64,000 nucleotides of DNA from a virus, in IMG/VR virus record IMGVR_UViG_3300010399_000036, positions 1-64,000 of that record, one strand, 5' to 3'. A model generated the notes under the pieces. It had not been told where the DNA came from. It saw only the letters and a list, made by a program, of their open reading frames with translations, and searched no databases. A program made the position numbers and the translations under genes. Positions 27,779-37,006 of this stretch are shown one piece after another; within the stretch, counting starts at the first letter, position 1; the number at the start of each line of letters is the position of its first letter.

Positions 27779-29278
27779 GTGACTCTTCGCGAGAGACTCA
27801 AATCAACATCTAGCGACGGCTATCTTTATAACGGCGAGCAGCGCGATCTACCTGATGAAGTGGTCCGGCGCGCGAACGATCGATCGGCGGCACCGGGGTT
27901 TCTGACTCGCATTAAAGCAGCCATCACCGCGTTTAAGTCCCTGCCTTTCCCTCAATATACCGGGAATGTGCCATCCTGGAATTCATGGCCGCAGTGGAGT
28001 CCAACGTTCACACAGAAGAATCCTGATCCCTCAACATCGTCTCTCGTAATGGCCGGCGTTCGCTGGCTTGGAAATCGATTGCCGGAAGCGCCGTTAACAG
28101 TTCAGCAGCCACTCAAAGATGACGATGAATCGGAATCGGTTCCGAATCACTCGCTATTAAAGTTATTCAAGCGCCCTAACCCTTTCATGTCCGCATCGAC
28201 CCTATGGAAGGCTTTTGGTTTCTCATGGATTCTTAAGGGCGATGTCTACTTCATTAAGTTTAGAAACGATCTTAATCAGGTAGGCCAAATCTGGTATGAA
28301 CCACACTGGAATGTCAAACCCCGCTGGGTAAATGACAATCAAGGGTCATACATTCGTGGTGCGAATGATGATCCGAACACGTTCATAACCTACTACGAAG
28401 TGATGCGCGAAGGGCAACCCGTGCGAGTTGAAGTGGAGGACGTAATCCATTTCCGCGACGGGATTGATCCGCGCAACACGCGATGCGGCCTTTCGGGGAT
28501 CGCTACGATACTCCGCGAGATCTTGAGCGATAGCCAAGTTGTAGATTTCTCCAGTAAGTTGTTGGGCAATAGTGGCGTGCCTCCGTATGTCCTCTCGATT
28601 GACAACAAGATCGGGAATCTGAAACAGGAAGACATCGCGGGGGTGAAGGCTTCACTGATTCAGCAAACCTCGGGGAGTAATTCAGGCAAGCCGCTTGTGG
28701 TTGCTTATGCCTCAGTCCACAAGCTCGGGTTCACCCCAGAAGAATTGGATCTCAGAGTCTCGCGATACTTAGGTGAGGAACGATTCTGCGCCGTGACCGG
28801 CATTCCTGCCGTGTGTCTGGAGTTAGGGTCAGGAGCAGAGCACGCGATCTACAACAACGTGCAGCAAGCAGAGCAGCGAGCTGCAAAAGGTTATCTTGTA
28901 CCTCTTTGGTGGCACATTGATGAAGAGTTAACGGTTCAACTTCTACGAGACTTTGACACTGATGAGTCACGGTTTGTCGAGCACGATCTTTCTGAGGTTG
29001 CTGCGCTTCAGGAAGATGAAACCGCCAAGCATGGTCGCGTAGTTTTGGATTTTCAAGGTGGATTGATTACCAGAGCGCAAGGGTTGGCACAATTAGATCT
29101 CCCGGCAGATACGAAGCCGGACAAGACGGGCCTTGACGATGTTTACTGCCTGAAGTCAGGATCGGCGTTCATTCCAGCGAACCTTCCAGCGAGCGTCCCT
29201 GCTCCTGCGCCGGAACCGGGACTTGATATGCCGTTAGATGATGTGCCAACGAACGGCGGAAAGGAATTGCCGGCGTGA
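27779..29278 (+). CDS. HK97-family portal protein
   Basis: LLKLFKRPNPFMS, GDVY, EDVIHFR...GLS, GIP..L; follows terL. Confidence 0.93.
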   Translation: MTLRERLKSTSSDGYLYNGEQRDLPDEVVRRANDRSAAPGFLTRIKAAITAFKSLPFPQYTGNVPSWNSWPQWSPTFTQKNPDPSTSSLVMAGVRWLGNRLPEAPLTVQQPLKDDDESESVPNHSLLKLFKRPNPFMSASTLWKAFGFSWILKGDVYFIKFRNDLNQVGQIWYEPHWNVKPRWVNDNQGSYIRGANDDPNTFITYYEVMREGQPVRVEVEDVIHFRDGIDPRNTRCGLSGIATILREILSDSQVVDFSSKLLGNSGVPPYVLSIDNKIGNLKQEDIAGVKASLIQQTSGSNSGKPLVVAYASVHKLGFTPEELDLRVSRYLGEERFCAVTGIPAVCLELGSGAEHAIYNNVQQAEQRAAKGYLVPLWWHIDEELTVQLLRDFDTDESRFVEHDLSEVAALQEDETAKHGRVVLDFQGGLITRAQGLAQLDLPADTKPDKTGLDDVYCLKSGSAFIPANLPASVPAPAPEPGLDMPLDDVPTNGGKELPA

Positions 29279-29442
29279 GACAGCTAACGGTATTTGATGA
29301 AGTTGAAATCATCATGCGCGAACGACAGTGGTTGCCTTGGTATGAACGGTACGGCCCAGATTTCCGCTCAATCATGTTTCACTACCCGATTGATCGTGCT
29401 CTTCCGCCGGATAGTAACGAAGAACGCACTGAAACTAAATGA
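29275..29442 (+). CDS. 55-aa hypothetical protein
   Basis: GTGA/ATGA coupling on both sides. Confidence 0.45.
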   Translation: MRQLTVFDEVEIIMRERQWLPWYERYGPDFRSIMFHYPIDRALPPDSNEERTETK

Positions 29443-29600
29443 GCACAACGTCTCAACAAGTAGAGCGTAAACCGCCCGCGCAACCTAAAGAAAAGGAGCG
29501 TGCTACAATCCCGCACGGATCGAAAGACCAAGAGATTGAAAACCTCAAACGCCTGCTGGCAAATGTTAGCCAACGGCTTGATGCTTTGAAGACGCGGTGA
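29439..29600 (+). CDS. 53-aa protein with C-terminal coiled coil
   Basis: KDQEIENLKRLLANVSQRLDALK; coupled start. Confidence 0.5.
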   Translation: MSTTSQQVERKPPAQPKEKERATIPHGSKDQEIENLKRLLANVSQRLDALKTR

Positions 29601-29613
29601 GAAGATGGGATTG

Positions 29614-29745
29614 AAGCAAAGTGGACCTGCGCATTTCCAGCGCCATGTGGCTCAGGCGTTAGGATGGTTTCGCACGAGGGACTGAGCGACAAACAATGCC
29701 CTGAGCAGTGCGGTTAGCGGGTGCGACTCCCGCCCTACTTTGTTT
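29614..29745 (+). ncRNA. structured RNA with terminal stem and T-arm
   Basis: Stem 29614-24/29735-45, T-arm GCGGG-TGCGACT-CCCGC, internal stems. Confidence 0.5.
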
Positions 29746-29764
29746 ATAAGTGAAGTCTTGAGAA

Positions 29765-29884
29765 GCGTGTGATTGCAAAGAGGCAGACATAGCCCGACTT
29801 GATGCCCGCAAGGGAACTGTACGGGGCAGGAGGTAATAAGCCGAAAGGGAATATCTCTACTGTAGGTTCGAGTCCTACCACGCA
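29765..29884 (+). ncRNA. tRNA-like RNA (class II scaffold with expanded loops)
   Basis: GCGTG/CACGC acceptor, GGCAGAC D-loop-like segment, GTAGG-TTCGAGT-CCTAC T-arm, two GNRA hairpins. Confidence 0.6.
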
Positions 29885-29957
29885 GATCAAGGTACAGTAA
29901 AGGTCTTTAGCAACTAGATAGCGAGTTAAGCACGGCGCACAACAACGACCGTGACCT

Positions 29958-29996
29958 GCCCGCCCGATTCCTTAACCGGAGTCGGCGGGCTTTTTG
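29958..29996 (+). terminator. intrinsic terminator
   Basis: GCCCGCCCGATTCC...GGAGTCGGCGGGC followed by TTTTT. Confidence 0.75.
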
Positions 29997-30042
29997 TTTC
30001 TCAAAAACGTAAGTCTCGCAACCGTGATACAGAGATAAGCGC

Positions 30043-31458
30043 ATGACAGACACCCTCCTATGGTTTGGCGGCGAAGTCAAAGCCCTTGACGATAACGGCA
30101 AGGTGGGCGGCTACTTGGTTCGTTTCTCTGACTCGGATCACAAAGATCTCGTCGGCGACTACTTCACAAAAGACACTTACTACGGTCCAAGGTTCGGTGA
30201 TGGGTCCGAGACTCTGTTCGAGCACGGCTTTCCGCTCTACGATGGCGCTGATCTACCGGATGCCGTTAAGTCGGCGTTTGAAGAGTTGGCCGATCACACC
30301 TTCGCTCCGATTAAGACCAAGAAAGACACGATCGGTATTTGGGCAGAAACGGTTCTTAACATGGCCGACGAATACGAAAAGGCTGTCTTTGGGATCGTCA
30401 AGAAGGGAAAGTTAGGCTGGAGTTCTGGGGCGCCCGGCCATAGAGTAAAGCGCCAGAATGATGGACGGATCACAAGTTGGCCCATTGCAGAAGGATCTCT
30501 CACCCCGCGTCCCGCTGAACCGCTGAATCGCGCAATAGCATTTAAGTCGCTCGCGTCAGTCAAGTTCATTCCGATTGAGTGTGAGGACGTTACCGATACC
30601 ACTCCCGCAAGCCCCTCGTTGTTGGCGATCAATCTCAACCAGCACATTGATGATCTGGCTGATGACGGATTGACCCGCGAGCACTTGATCGAGCGCATGG
30701 CAAAAGAAGCGGGCGTGAAGGTTGATGAGATCACTAACACACTCGAGGGGAAGACAACCCCTACCAAAGCGCGATTGAAGGCGTATTCCCGTGCTCTGAA
30801 TATCTCTTACGATGTTTTGAAAGCTTCTGCTCGTCGTGATTACTCACAAACAGTCAAGGGAATGTATGAGGACGCGTTATCGGAACGTACCCCGTCACGT
30901 TGGGAAATGGAGTCAGCCTATTGCGACATCGTCACCAAGATGCTGGCGGCGGCATTAGCCGCGCGTATCGCCGGCATTGACTTTGACTGGGAAGCAAAAG
31001 TTAAGGAAGCAACCCGAGAGTACGCTGCGATGCTTGAGGATCACGCTTTGTCGCAGGGCCGCGCGTATCTCGACTCTGGTTCTGACGAACCTTTCTACCT
31101 AAAAGCAATTATCGATCTGCAAAACGATCTGCCGGTGTCCGGCAGTCTCGACCTAGACGATCACTCCCAATTGGTGGTGTCCGCCCTGCGGGAAGTAGCG
31201 AAGCGGTTTCGTAGCAATCACGAAGCCCGCGTGAAATCTGGCCGCATTCTCTCTGAAAAGAATCGGCGACGAATCAGCGAAGGCCTCAAGGATATTCAAT
31301 CAGTAGTTGAAGACCTTACAGCCTTGCTCGATGAGTCTCAGCCGATGGCGACTGACACGGAGAAGCGCGCCGCGCAAACCACCTTCCTGCGTCTTCAAAC
31401 ACGCATTAAACCGTTAGGAGTGACTGATGGCAAAGAAACTGCAAGAGCTGGCAACTGA
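30043..31458 (+). CDS. HK97-type prohead protease with long C-terminal extension
   Basis: VGGYLVRF...DLVGDYF...FEH (His), GWSSG (Ser), EGSLTPRPAEP. Confidence 0.88.
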   Translation: MTDTLLWFGGEVKALDDNGKVGGYLVRFSDSDHKDLVGDYFTKDTYYGPRFGDGSETLFEHGFPLYDGADLPDAVKSAFEELADHTFAPIKTKKDTIGIWAETVLNMADEYEKAVFGIVKKGKLGWSSGAPGHRVKRQNDGRITSWPIAEGSLTPRPAEPLNRAIAFKSLASVKFIPIECEDVTDTTPASPSLLAINLNQHIDDLADDGLTREHLIERMAKEAGVKVDEITNTLEGKTTPTKARLKAYSRALNISYDVLKASARRDYSQTVKGMYEDALSERTPSRWEMESAYCDIVTKMLAAALAARIAGIDFDWEAKVKEATREYAAMLEDHALSQGRAYLDSGSDEPFYLKAIIDLQNDLPVSGSLDLDDHSQLVVSALREVAKRFRSNHEARVKSGRILSEKNRRRISEGLKDIQSVVEDLTALLDESQPMATDTEKRAAQTTFLRLQTRIKPLGVTDGKETARAGN

Positions 31459-32743
31459 AATTGCCACCAAGACCAACCAGGTAAACGAACTGTTTGATCT
31501 AGCTGACAAGAGAACAGGAGATCAGCAGGGCGTTAATACCAAAGAAGAGATCAAGCAGATAGTAGATCTGAATAAAGAACTCGAAGAACTCGAGGCTGCG
31601 GCGGCTGAGATCAAGACCGTTGAAGATATTCGCAGGGGCAACGGCGACCGTCTTACTAATCTTAACAATGTCAATCCGACGGTTCCGCATCCGAGGGGCG
31701 GTGATGGCGCACAACTGAAACCATTCAAATCGCTAGGCGAACTGATCGTCGGCGATGAGAACTTTAGCCAGTGGCTGAAACAGTGGGAGGGTGGCAGATT
31801 TCCGTCTGGCAAGTCGCAGATTCAATCGCCGCGCGTGGACATCGGGGCGTGTCTGCCTCCGCGTATGGAAGACGCATTGAAAACCCTCATAACCGGGGCG
31901 GGATCTACCAGTGCGGGACCGTTGGTTTTCCCGGACTTCAAGCCTCTTCAGGATGTTTTCTACGCTCGCCCGTTGACCGTGAGAGACATTATCACGGTTG
32001 GCGAGACGGGCAGCGACACGGTTGAATACGTGCGAATCACCGGTGTAACCAACGCCGCAGCCCCGACCGCGGAAGCGACCGCAACGACAGGCGCTTCGGG
32101 TGAAAAGCCCGAATCCGCGATGGCAATGGCGAGGATTACAGAATCCGTTAAAACCATCCCACATTGGATTCCTGCTACCAACCGCGCCTTGGCCGATGCT
32201 CCACAGCTCCGCACGATCATCGATAACTTTCTTCGTTATGGTATTGAGGAAGAGTTGGAAGATCAAATTCTGACGGGCAACGCAGCCGGCGAGAACTTTG
32301 ATGGCGTACTGCACGTCGCCGGAACTACCCCGCAAGCATTCGATACCAACATTTTCACTACCACTCGTAAGGGAAGAACCAAGGTTCGAACCGTGGGACG
32401 CGCTCGGCCGACAGCTTACGTGATGAATCCACTTGATTGGGAGAAAGTGGATCTCGCACAGGACAACGAGGCTCGTTACTACTACGGCGGCCCGATGAAT
32501 CCTGGTAATCCCAGGCTGTGGGGTCTTCCTGTAGTCGAGTCCGAGGGGATGACCGAGGGAACCTGCGTCGTTGCTGATTGGAAGTTGGCAATTCTTTGGG
32601 ATCGGATGCAGACCGCGATCTCGATGAGCAACTCGCACGCCGACTTTTTCATTCGCAACCTGATTGCCATTCTTGCTGAAATGCGTGCCGCGTTTGGCGT
32701 CATTCGCCCGGCCGCATTCGTTATTTGTGACTTGACCGCGTAA
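31427..32743 (+). CDS. HK97-fold major capsid protein
   Basis: N-terminal coiled-coil delta domain; EKPES, LADAPQL, LWGLPVV, FIRN...AEMR...VIRPAAF. Confidence 0.95.
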   Translation: MAKKLQELATEIATKTNQVNELFDLADKRTGDQQGVNTKEEIKQIVDLNKELEELEAAAAEIKTVEDIRRGNGDRLTNLNNVNPTVPHPRGGDGAQLKPFKSLGELIVGDENFSQWLKQWEGGRFPSGKSQIQSPRVDIGACLPPRMEDALKTLITGAGSTSAGPLVFPDFKPLQDVFYARPLTVRDIITVGETGSDTVEYVRITGVTNAAAPTAEATATTGASGEKPESAMAMARITESVKTIPHWIPATNRALADAPQLRTIIDNFLRYGIEEELEDQILTGNAAGENFDGVLHVAGTTPQAFDTNIFTTTRKGRTKVRTVGRARPTAYVMNPLDWEKVDLAQDNEARYYYGGPMNPGNPRLWGLPVVESEGMTEGTCVVADWKLAILWDRMQTAISMSNSHADFFIRNLIAILAEMRAAFGVIRPAAFVICDLTA

Positions 32744-32752
32744 GGAGGTCCA

Positions 32753-33292
32753 ATGGCTTATCTTAATCCAAGGGCAGGGCTGGCTAGGGAGTCAGCCTAT
32801 GGCCCACTAACAAATGCCGGAGCGCCGGGCGCGGGAACAGACGAGGTCCAGACCATAACGTTCGGCGGGACGCCTACCGGCGGGACATTCAAGTTAAAGT
32901 TTGGCCCATTTAAGACCGCGGCAATCTCATGGTCCGCAACCAACAACACGCTCAGAGATAATGTTGATGCGGCTTTGGAAGCGTTGCCAAACGTCGGGAC
33001 CGGAAACGTCACGGTCGCGGTAGGAACCATGACCGCCGGGGTTGGAACATTAACTGTCACAGGTGCGGGAACACTAGCGAAGAAGGCGTTAGCTCTGATC
33101 ACGGTTGCTAGCAACAATCTTACGGGTACAGCGCCAACGATCGAGATCGAAGAAACGACTCCGGGCGTGAGCGCGACTCATCGCGGAGCTCCTAAAGGCG
33201 CAAAGCTGGTTGATACCGACAACGGTGTTGACTACATCAACACCGGCACGGCAAGCGCGCCAACATGGACCAAGACAGGAACTCAGACGTAA
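32753..33292 (+). CDS. capsid decoration/head-fibre protein
   Basis: DEVQTIT..TPTGGTF.L...AALEAL and APKG...DT.NG..YINTGT; directly follows the capsid gene. Confidence 0.65.
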   Translation: MAYLNPRAGLARESAYGPLTNAGAPGAGTDEVQTITFGGTPTGGTFKLKFGPFKTAAISWSATNNTLRDNVDAALEALPNVGTGNVTVAVGTMTAGVGTLTVTGAGTLAKKALALITVASNNLTGTAPTIEIEETTPGVSATHRGAPKGAKLVDTDNGVDYINTGTASAPTWTKTGTQT

Positions 33293-33693
33293 AGTGTCCG
33301 GTCTGCGGGGCTGCTCACACAGCTTGTGGTGGTCCCGCCAAATTGAGATACCCGCCTGTCGGGTGGGAAGGCGAGTGGATCGCTACAGAGGAACCAGTGC
33401 TAGTAACGTCCTTAAGGAGAACAAACGTGAGCGCAGGAGACTTTATTGCCGAAGAAGACATCTTCATCGACCGCGATGGCAAGGTTGTCGAAAAGAAGGA
33501 CGCGCAAACGAAGCTGGCAAGTAAAGGTGCCCGCGTGTCCCCTGAAGATGTTGAGAAATATGGCCTTCGTTCTTCTGCCGCGGTATTGGAGACCAAGCCA
33601 AGTGAAGAGGCTGAAGCGGCGCCGCTCGTTAGAGACACACCACCACCCGCAGAGAAGAAACCCAGCGCAAAGAAGGGCAAAGAAACAGCGTGA
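33265..33693 (+). CDS. hypothetical head-associated protein (start uncertain)
   Basis: Position; Lys/Pro-rich C-terminus. Confidence 0.55.
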   Translation: MDQDRNSDVKCPVCGAAHTACGGPAKLRYPPVGWEGEWIATEEPVLVTSLRRTNVSAGDFIAEEDIFIDRDGKVVEKKDAQTKLASKGARVSPEDVEKYGLRSSAAVLETKPSEEAEAAPLVRDTPPPAEKKPSAKKGKETA

Positions 33694-34154
33694 GCGACGT
33701 AACTGACAGAGAAGCCGCCTTTGAAGAGTTGGTTCGATTGGCCCAACCGGATGCCCTGCCGAAGCTGTCAGAGGATGAACTTGAGGCGATTCTTGATCGC
33801 AACCAGCGGGCTCAGAGATGGACCGCGATGACGGCATTAACAGTTGGCCAAACGCTAATGCCAACTGTTCGCATGGGTCGGGTCTTCCGAGTCACGCAGG
33901 AAGGAATTACCGGAAGCGCGGAGCCAACATGGCCTACCGGGAGCGAAGAAGCGGTTGTTGACGGGACCGCAATCCTCATTAATTCAGGAGTGGATTTTGA
34001 GAACGTTTATGACGTTAGAAGCGCAGCGGAAGACTGCTGGGCCTTGAAAGAGCGTAAGGCTGTCCAGCTTTCAGTGGCGGGCGAGAGCCTAGACCACGTG
34101 GCCCAACAATGCCGGGAGCAAAGAAAGTCTTTCGCGTCAGTGTTGATAGCATAG
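33690..34154 (+). CDS. head-tail adaptor with an inserted CBM-like module
   Basis: PKLSEDELEAIL...YDVRSAA...W..K; insert WTAMT...GITGSAEPTWP...VDG. Confidence 0.65.
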   Translation: MSDVTDREAAFEELVRLAQPDALPKLSEDELEAILDRNQRAQRWTAMTALTVGQTLMPTVRMGRVFRVTQEGITGSAEPTWPTGSEEAVVDGTAILINSGVDFENVYDVRSAAEDCWALKERKAVQLSVAGESLDHVAQQCREQRKSFASVLIA

Positions 34155-34160
34155 GAGACC

Positions 34161-34517
34161 GTGTTAATGAGAAGCGAAGTTGGTCAGGCATATGACGAAG
34201 TACGAACAGCGGTGGCGGAAATCGCCACAGATATTCTTGCCGACAACTGCCGTCTCATCGTTGGTGAAACGCAATATCGAAACGTGCCGTGTCAGTTCGG
34301 AGGAGGCTCTGGAAACATGGATGGAGCGCCTTATCGAATCAAGTTTGCATGGGGAAGTCCCGCAGTAATTGGCGCAACGGCGATAGTTGACGCAATACCA
34401 GGGCGCTCTCATCTTACGTTGCAGTTAGTCGAGCCAATTGATTCGTCTACGGGTATTTGGCAGGAGTGGCGTGCTACCTCTGGACCAGCTTTTGGAAGAG
34501 TAGATGTCGGGCTTTAA
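34161..34517 (+). CDS. head-closure-type protein
   Basis: Size and position in the neck module. Confidence 0.5.
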   Translation: MLMRSEVGQAYDEVRTAVAEIATDILADNCRLIVGETQYRNVPCQFGGGSGNMDGAPYRIKFAWGSPAVIGATAIVDAIPGRSHLTLQLVEPIDSSTGIWQEWRATSGPAFGRVDVGL

Positions 34518-34977
34518 CGTCAAGGGTGAGAGAAGGCTCTTTGAAGCAATTGACCGACTCATTGAGGTCGTAAGCGATCAGCGAAAGCGGGGCTGGCAAA
34601 AGAACGTAGACGTCAGGCTCGACTTTCAGCGCCGCCACATGGATACGGAAGCGGCCGGCGGCTGGACACCTCTCAATGATGAGTATCGATTGCAAAAGGT
34701 TGAAGACGTTGGCGCGATTCCGATCCTTCAGTACACGACGCACATGTATCGCTCTTTGACTGAGGAACGAGCGCCAGATTACGTCCGTGAAGAAAGTGCA
34801 GATAGTTTGAAAGTCGGCACAAGTGATTTCAAGGCGCGACTGCACCATGAAGGGCGAGGACGGCTGCCGAGACGCGAAGTGATAGTAATAACCGACGCAG
34901 AAGGACGCCGGCACCTTGAGGTAATCGAAGAGAATTATGCAGGCATCGCGCGCAATCTTGGTTTCAGGGTGATTTGA
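34504..34977 (+). CDS. virion morphogenesis (tail completion) protein
   Basis: WTPLNDEY...IL..T..MYRSL...VGT...ARLHHEG..RLPRR. Confidence 0.8.
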   Translation: MSGFNVKGERRLFEAIDRLIEVVSDQRKRGWQKNVDVRLDFQRRHMDTEAAGGWTPLNDEYRLQKVEDVGAIPILQYTTHMYRSLTEERAPDYVREESADSLKVGTSDFKARLHHEGRGRLPRREVIVITDAEGRRHLEVIEENYAGIARNLGFRVI

Positions 34978-35330
34978 TGAACGACGCTGTTAACAGATTC
35001 ATTCATGAGATGGGCGCAACCTACGCCGAAGAAGGCGACCGTGACGTATCTCCTATTCTGTTTAAGGCTGATGACGATCCTGCGGGAATGCTCTTTGAGC
35101 TGACGCTGCCGAAAGGTGAGCCACATCCTTACTGGCGCGTCCGTGAGCGCGAGATGACAGCGGCAGAAATTAACGGGCTGGCGCAGATGAAGACAGAGCA
35201 ATCTCTAAGAGTTGAGCTCTTGTCGTTGAGCGCTGTTAAAAATGTGGGCTCGTTATTCAGCTTTAGGGGTTACGTTTACAACGCGCGGCTGCGCGATAGG
35301 TGGAATTTCAGCTTTGACAGGGTGGCCTGA
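34974..35330 (+). CDS. hypothetical protein, paralogue of 45664-45969
   Basis: Shared ELxLP....HP(Y/F)WRV.ER..T motif. Confidence 0.6.
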   Translation: MMNDAVNRFIHEMGATYAEEGDRDVSPILFKADDDPAGMLFELTLPKGEPHPYWRVREREMTAAEINGLAQMKTEQSLRVELLSLSAVKNVGSLFSFRGYVYNARLRDRWNFSFDRVA

Positions 35331-35863
35331 TGGCAGAGAACGGGCCTTGGGATTCAGAGATCACACAGCAGTTCATTGAGCCATTACTTGACAACTTAAT
35401 AGCAGTCCTACAAGCGGGTGAAGCGGCGGTCCATACGGAAGTAAACGGTGGTGAGCCAATGCCCGCATATAAGCGCTGGCCCATTAGCCGCTGGGTACCG
35501 TTGGTGCTTCCGGGAGTTTCCCCGTATCCGTCCTGTAGCGTGATTCCGGGACGGACGCGAACACACAAGGACGAAGACGGTAAAAGCATCGATGAGGGAC
35601 ACGGAGTTGAAATTTTTATTGAAGACGTGGGCGGGAATCCAGATGTTCTGGCCCGCTCAGTGATAAGGCGAGTGCGAGCAGCGCACATAATCATTGAACG
35701 CGCGCCGTTATCGGCCCTATTCAATGGCTTTTCGAGGGACCTGAGTCAACTACCCTATTGGGATATTGATCACGATTACGCTCAGTTCATCATTGACAAG
35801 TCAATTTACAAGCAGAACGGAAGTTTAATCATTACGTTCACCGGACTGATGGAGAAAACCTAA
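35330..35863 (+). CDS. tail terminator-type protein
   Basis: Position before the tail tube gene; YPSCSVIP pattern. Confidence 0.55.
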   Translation: MAENGPWDSEITQQFIEPLLDNLIAVLQAGEAAVHTEVNGGEPMPAYKRWPISRWVPLVLPGVSPYPSCSVIPGRTRTHKDEDGKSIDEGHGVEIFIEDVGGNPDVLARSVIRRVRAAHIIIERAPLSALFNGFSRDLSQLPYWDIDHDYAQFIIDKSIYKQNGSLIITFTGLMEKT

Positions 35864-36301
35864 ATGGCTACAGAAGAAAAGGCGATCACAGCAGCAGGCA
35901 TCACTGGCGCAAATCGCGCGGGTGAGGCCATGCTCAGGCGACACGGCGTTGATCCGGCGAAAGTGGGCGAGGAAGAGATCGAAAAACTTCGCAAGCTTGG
36001 AATTGACGCCGACACTTACGAGCGCAAAGCCCTGACGTGGGCTGGGGCTATTCAGGAGTTTGGCAAACCGATTGGCCCACGTTTGTATAACGAGGTTCAT
36101 GTCGCTGCCTTTGGCCCTGTTCCTCCCGGTAAGAATGACATCAACCTTATGTCCCTCGAAGACAAGTGGATGAGTCCGCGTAAGGATGACGAGACGGACG
36201 AGGACTTTGAGGCTCGAAAAAAGAAATTCAGCGCGCGCCGAAAGCGCGTTCATGATTTGATAGCTGCCGCAGAGCAAGAAGTCGCGAAGGGAGTCAAATA
36301 A
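35864..36301 (+). CDS. hypothetical structural-region protein
   Basis: Abuts both neighbours; SD present. Confidence 0.6.
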   Translation: MATEEKAITAAGITGANRAGEAMLRRHGVDPAKVGEEEIEKLRKLGIDADTYERKALTWAGAIQEFGKPIGPRLYNEVHVAAFGPVPPGKNDINLMSLEDKWMSPRKDDETDEDFEARKKKFSARRKRVHDLIAAAEQEVAKGVK

Positions 36302-36922
36302 ATGGCAGGACTAGCTGACGGCTGGGCAACCAGCGAACTTCATCGAGGGTTCGGTCAACTGTGGATCAATCTCGCCACGCTGGCCACAGACGCGGTGTTA
36401 ACGATTGATTTTGCGACTGGAAACCCGGACGCGACTGCCAACCCGAATGGCATAAGCGCGGGCTACACAAACGAGGGCTGGGAGTTTGCGACTTCGCCGA
36501 CATTCGATGAGATTCGCGTTGACGAAGAGGAAGACCCGGTGTCTGACTTCATCACGGCCAATGAGACAACTATCACTGGTCAGATGCGGCAGATCTTAAA
36601 TCTCTCACGTCTTCAAAAATTCCTCCCCGGTTCGGTGTATACAGCGCCTACGGGTACGCCGACGCAGATCACAAAGCTTACGGGCGGTGGACTCGCAACC
36701 TTCTCTTACTATACAGCAGCGCTTATATGGCCCGACCCCAACGATCCAGATGTGTTCTGGGCTGTGACTTTGTATCGCGTCCTCAACCGTGGCGGTTTGA
36801 CTTTTGGAGTAGGCCGCACAAAGGACTCCGCTGCCGGCGTTACCTTGACGGGACGCGCTGTTTCAGGCCGTACCGCAGGCGATCGCGTATACGCAATTGT
36901 GCGCTACGAGGATCTAAGCTAA
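36302..36922 (+). CDS. major tail tube protein
   Basis: GYTNEGWEF..PTFDEIRVDE; lies before the chaperones and tape measure. Confidence 0.85.
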   Translation: MAGLADGWATSELHRGFGQLWINLATLATDAVLTIDFATGNPDATANPNGISAGYTNEGWEFATSPTFDEIRVDEEEDPVSDFITANETTITGQMRQILNLSRLQKFLPGSVYTAPTGTPTQITKLTGGGLATFSYYTAALIWPDPNDPDVFWAVTLYRVLNRGGLTFGVGRTKDSAAGVTLTGRAVSGRTAGDRVYAIVRYEDLS

Positions 36923-37006
36923 GCCCAACTACTTTTTAACAACCCGTGCCGTCGGCGTCCTGAAAAGGATTAGCTTGGCGGCACTTCTTTTTAGGAGAGA
37001 GAAGAA

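Noticed and set aside
31733-32638. 301-aa ORF antisense to the capsid gene (likewise 19412-20161 and 39499-40077)
   Set aside because: Shadow ORFs of strongly supported genes.
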